Shown here: one piece after another, positions 60,101 to 64,000 of the stretch
Numbering within the stretch: position 1 is the stretch's first letter
Layout: each line of letters begins with the position of its first letter
Origin: an uncultured Verrucomicrobiae bacterium
GTDB taxonomy: Bacteria > Verrucomicrobiota > Verrucomicrobiia > Chthoniobacterales > JAFAMB01
Direction: 5' to 3'
Assembly (NCBI GenBank): GCA_963762565.1
Contig: CAVXLD010000003.1
Span: 736,001-800,000, forward strand
Length of the DNA: 64,000 bases
Made by a program: the position numbers and the translations under genes
The notes under the pieces: model-generated
Database searches by the model: none
What the model was told of the DNA's origin: nothing
What the model saw: the letters and a program-made list of their open reading frames with translations, nothing else

Positions 60101-61713
60101 TGAGCCCTTCGACGCGCTTTCAGCTTGCTCAGGGCAGGCCCGCCTGGTTCCAAAATCGCTACCTGATTCTGACAGTGGTTCTTCTGACTGTGACCCTGTA
60201 CCGTCTCTGGTACTCCACCCAGCTGGAGCTCGTTGGGGATGAAGCTTATTATTGGCTGTGGTCGCGTCGCCTTGATCTGGCTTACTTAGATAAAGGGCCG
60301 GTAATCGCCTGGTTCATCGCTGCCGGAACCGCGTTGTTCGGTCAGACTGCTTTTGGGGTCAGATTTTTTGCGGTGATTCTTTCCACTGCGACCGGGATCG
60401 GCCTCTTTCTGTTGGCCCGGCGTTTGTTCTCGGACCGGGTCGGGTTCTGGACGCTCCTGTTAGCGGGTCTGTCACCGATGTTTGCGGCGGGATCGATTCT
60501 CATGACCATCGACACTCCGCTCATCTGTTTTTGGACGTTTGCTGCATTCGCTTTCTGGTGGGCTAAAGGTTCAACCCGGTTGCTGCCCTGGATCGTGACC
60601 GGGATTTTGGTCGGGCTCAGTACGCTCTCTAAGTATACCGGCGCCATTGAATTGATTTCGTTCGCGTTCTTTTGCCTCTGGTATGGTCCCAGCCGGAAAC
60701 AACTCCTGAACGGCCGTTTTCTGGTAATGCTCTTGGTCGTGGGCCTTTGTCTAGTCCCCGTGATTTATTGGAACTGGGAACACCAATGGCCGACGCTCCG
60801 GTTTCTGACGCATCGGGGTGCTTTAGATGAGAAGGCGCATTTCCGTCCGTTGGACGTCTTGGTTTTTTTGGGAGGACAAGCAGGGGTCATCTCCCCGGCC
60901 ATTTTTATTGCACTCGTTGTGGTTCTGTTCTGGCCAAGCTTGAAAACGACGGATGACGAAGGTCAGACCAGATTCTTGCTCGCACTTTTTCTGCCTTTGT
61001 TTCTGCTCTATTTCTTTCTCAGTTTTCAAAAGGCTAGTCAGGCGAACTGGCCCGCTGCCGCCTACGTTGCCGGCTTTATTTTTCTGGCGGCAAAATGGGA
61101 TAGACTAATGAAGCAGGTTCGCTGGGCGAGGTGGTTAGCGATCGCCGGCTTAGCGATCGCACTGATCGAGACCGTTGGCTTGCAGGAGACTCGATGGTTG
61201 AACCTGCCCCCAGGCAAAGATCCCCTCGACCGAGCTCGGGGAGCACGCGATCTCGCCGCTCAAGTTTCTGCTATAGAAACAGAGACTGGCATAAAGGTAG
61301 TGATTGCTAACGCCTATATGACCGCGTCGTTACTCTCATTCTATCTGCCGGGCCAACCGGACACCTACATGCCCTTGTCCAGTGCGCCTTACAACCAGCT
61401 GATCCTTTGGCCAACTTATCGTGAGGAACATCCGCACGAAGACGCCATCTTCATTTCCGAAACGAATCGAGTTCCCACTTCGTTAAAGGACGATTTTCCA
61501 AAGATAGAAGCTGGGAAGGTATTGACCATCACGCAAGATGGCCGAACCATCCGAAAGTTGTATGCGTTTGTGTGCCGGCGTGACGATCAGCACAAAGACA
61601 CAGAGACAAATCTTAACCGCGAATACACGCGAATGGAAACCAAGAGAGAAAAGACTAACCGCAGATGCACGCAGATTGACGCAGATCAGATTACGGACAG
61701 GTCCGCAGACTAA
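60100..61713 (+). CDS. Glycosyltransferase family 39 (ArnT/PMT-like)
   Basis: DEAYYW.WS..L...Y.DKGP, FGVR, DTPL, LSKY; TAATG overlap with GT87. Confidence 0.88.
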   Translation: MSPSTRFQLAQGRPAWFQNRYLILTVVLLTVTLYRLWYSTQLELVGDEAYYWLWSRRLDLAYLDKGPVIAWFIAAGTALFGQTAFGVRFFAVILSTATGIGLFLLARRLFSDRVGFWTLLLAGLSPMFAAGSILMTIDTPLICFWTFAAFAFWWAKGSTRLLPWIVTGILVGLSTLSKYTGAIELISFAFFCLWYGPSRKQLLNGRFLVMLLVVGLCLVPVIYWNWEHQWPTLRFLTHRGALDEKAHFRPLDVLVFLGGQAGVISPAIFIALVVVLFWPSLKTTDDEGQTRFLLALFLPLFLLYFFLSFQKASQANWPAAAYVAGFIFLAAKWDRLMKQVRWARWLAIAGLAIALIETVGLQETRWLNLPPGKDPLDRARGARDLAAQVSAIETETGIKVVIANAYMTASLLSFYLPGQPDTYMPLSSAPYNQLILWPTYREEHPHEDAIFISETNRVPTSLKDDFPKIEAGKVLTITQDGRTIRKLYAFVCRRDDQHKDTETNLNREYTRMETKREKTNRRCTQIDADQITDRSAD

Positions 61714-61725
61714 AGTAAGAGCTTA

Positions 61726-61969
61726 AATATCCGCAGATTACACAGATTACGCAGATTACGGTTGGCGGTCGATTCATGTCGGGGACTAAGCAGCTTTTTG
61801 GGGCGCGGGTACGACCCCCAGCGGTGCTGGATGTCACCTGCCCATGACTCAAATCTGTGGATGGTTTAAGCCTGGGTTTGTTATTGGAAACCGCTAGTGG
61901 TTCAGCGGCATCTATCGGTCTACGTCGTAGTCGAAGGCCAGCGCGAAATCTGTGTAATCTGCGGATATT
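61726..61969. repeat. Repeat family G copy
   Basis: AATATCCGCAGATTACACAGATT ... AATCTGTGTAATCTGCGGATATT. Confidence 0.82.
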
Positions 61970-62069
61970 TTGATCTTCTACTTAGTCTGCGGACCTGTGC
62001 ATGATCTGCGTTAATTTAACCCCGGAGAATCTCCGGGCTGCGGTTCGTCTTCCGTCTTTCGCCCTTTCG

Positions 62070-62220
62070 CTATTGAGCTGGAAAAATTTTGATCACTGAC
62101 ACCGTGTTGTCGCTAGTGTTAGTCACGTATGCTTTCACTCCGTTGTGAGACATTGCCACGGCCACGGGCTGGTTCCCGACCGTGATTGGATTTCCGACGG
62201 GCGCACCGGTCGATGTGTCC
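62070..62220 (-). pseudogene. Remnant YVTN beta-propeller repeat
   Basis: PITVGNQPVAVAMSHNGVKAYVTNTSDNTVSVI, a single terminal repeat with no upstream repeats. Confidence 0.65.
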
Positions 62221-62476
62221 CCTTTGGCGTCAAGGTTTAAGAGACGAAACCGGTTACAACGCCAATCTTCCGAGTCCATGGTCCGTAGGTCCTGGGCGAG
62301 TAGATAGAGGATCGGGAAAGGTAGTGACAAGCAAAATCACGGCCGCGTGAATCTAGTTCGTTAGAGACTACTATCAAAAATAATGGACGTTAACGGGTTA
62401 CGATGCTCGCAAAAATTATGTCGTAAACATCGGCAGTTCCGCCGGCCACAGAATGGCTAACAAAAACCAGCCGCTC

Positions 62477-62672
62477 TTGTCCCGTAGGATCGAATGATGG
62501 TAGCGACTCGACCGAGCTCGCCGAAAGTCCTGGCAATTTATTGCCGAGAACCGGCCGAACAACGGATTCGTCCCATTAGGGTACGGCGTGATCGATTCGC
62601 AATATTCATTCCTGTTGTCGTGGGTGAAGACCAATCGCGACGTCACGAATCATACCGTTCCCTACGGGACAA
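62477..62672. repeat. REP-like family E copy
   Basis: TTGTCCCGTAGG ... CCTACGGGACAA; interior resembles the reverse complement of 24501-24768. Confidence 0.75.
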
Positions 62673-62709
62673 AGGCGCTTCGCGCCTACTCGCCGCATCG
62701 CCCTTTCGC

Positions 62710-63639
62710 CTACACCGTTTTCCTATGCAAAACCGACTTTGCTAATATCATTTTGCCGAGCAGTTCGGTCTGCGGAAGATAGAGGGGCGGTTGCAGCGAC
62801 GCTGCCAACCGAGCAATCTCAAGATTCAAAGACTCAATTTCGGTCTGTCTGCCATTCTTGATGTCCTGAAGAGTTGATATCAACTGCTTCGATCCGGTGC
62901 TGATGACCATGATCTGCTGCATGACCTCAGCTTCGCTGAGACCAACGTTCAACCGGTCCGTCAGCATGATGCACTCCTTCACTACCCGCTGGGCCAGATC
63001 AGCCGTTTCTTGATCCCGAACAAAAACGCCGTTGTCCACCTCGAGCAGGGGACAGATGGAATTGAATACCGAGTTGATAACCGCTTTCTTCCAAATCTGC
63101 TTTTGGATATCTGCGTCCGCCCGAAACGGGAATGCGTTGGTATTCAACTGTTCGACACATTTGACTAGCTCGGCTTCTGTTCCTTCGATCACGCCGATGG
63201 GCGATGCGGTGATGGGGCGAAACGAAAACTGAAATTCAAAGGTAGGCTGGGTCGTTACATAAAGCACGCAGCGGTAGACAGCCGTGAACCCGGCATCGAG
63301 GAACGGTCGCTCGACCCCAACACCATTTTGCATAATCACTAACGGGCCGGTTGCGTTTCGTTCTTTGAGGGCAAGCGCTAGCGCTTGGTTAGTATAGGAC
63401 TTAGTCGTGATCACCAAGGTTCCATCGAGATGGGTAAGCTTAGCTAACGAGATGGTCTCGATTGGAGTGGTCACCTGGTCAGTCCCACCTTGGACCATTA
63501 CGTTGACGATGCTCTGCGGCACATCATTCCTACTGGTTCGCACCGCCACGACGGTCCTGCCCGCATGCGTTAGGTAAGCAGCCAACGGGAATCCGACTGC
63601 CCCTGCACCCAGTATATAAATGGTTTTCTTAATATCCAT
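62710..63639 (-). CDS. panE: Ketopantoate reductase family protein
   Basis: ILGAGAVG, TTKSY, MQNGVG, WKKAVIN, STLQD..GRQTEIESLN. Confidence 0.85.
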   Translation of the reverse strand: MDIKKTIYILGAGAVGFPLAAYLTHAGRTVVAVRTSRNDVPQSIVNVMVQGGTDQVTTPIETISLAKLTHLDGTLVITTKSYTNQALALALKERNATGPLVIMQNGVGVERPFLDAGFTAVYRCVLYVTTQPTFEFQFSFRPITASPIGVIEGTEAELVKCVEQLNTNAFPFRADADIQKQIWKKAVINSVFNSICPLLEVDNGVFVRDQETADLAQRVVKECIMLTDRLNVGLSEAEVMQQIMVISTGSKQLISTLQDIKNGRQTEIESLNLEIARLAASLQPPLYLPQTELLGKMILAKSVLHRKTV

Positions 63640-63759
63640 GACTTAGCGAATCCAAGCCCGAGATGGTGCGTTGCGCAAGGCTACGAAGACTTAAAACCCA
63701 ACCGCAGATTGACGCAGATTGAATTTGCAGGCGCGATGCGATGTGCGACTGGCCAGTGC

Positions 63760-64000
63760 CTGGAGGGGAGCCGCTTTGGCGTGCGTCGCTCCGCCCTAGC
63801 GAATTTTGTCTGAATTCTGATCCGGCCGAAACAGGCGACAAGAGGCGGCTCCCGGGATAGACCCAACGGTTCGCTGCTCTACCGCCGAGTTATAAACGGA
63901 TCGGGCCTTGGGTCAATCCTCGCTCTGGGTTATTCGCGGGAGCCGCTTGTTGCAAAATTTTTCGGTCGGATTGAGCGCTGGAATAAATATCGTGAGGTCG
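63760..64000. mobile_element. MITE-like family A copy (cut by window end)
   Basis: CTGGAGGGGAGCCGCTTTGGC ... GGGTTATTCGCGGGAGCCGC ... GGATTGAGCGCTGGAA. Confidence 0.78.

Overview
Bacterial genomic DNA of about 57% GC. The gene types suggest a soil Verrucomicrobiota/PVC organism, which is an inference. The window holds about 50 coding regions: partial pfkA, yqjG-type GST, GNATs, NlpC/P60, two SDRs, KirBac channel, serine-glyoxylate aminotransferase, PhzF, a narK/dmsBC-like/nasA nitrate cluster, kumamolisin, PspA plus AAA ATPase, GT87/GT39 and PanE. It also has one tRNA-Phe and an unusually dense, nested set of intergenic palindromic repeat families flanked by inverted 7-mer tandem arrays. No transposase, integrase or CRISPR array was seen. 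The strongest candidate for an undescribed system is at 9.5-20 kb. A leftward GAF / minimal S8 peptidase / trypsin / TPR-SLOG-class III cyclase / Zn-ribbon microprotein / ABC exporter string faces a rightward ECF sigma factor followed by three paralogous anti-sigma-like microproteins. All four microproteins share an EVxGR motif, a candidate cleavage or leader signature. Other notable items are repeat elements inserted in frame in nasA and a GT87 gene, a TIR-TM-TPR receptor-like protein, a repeat protein beside two ATP-grasp ligases, and a frameshift-rich stretch (32.6-42 kb and 48.4 kb) that may reflect sequencing error. All calls come from motif recognition, not database searches.
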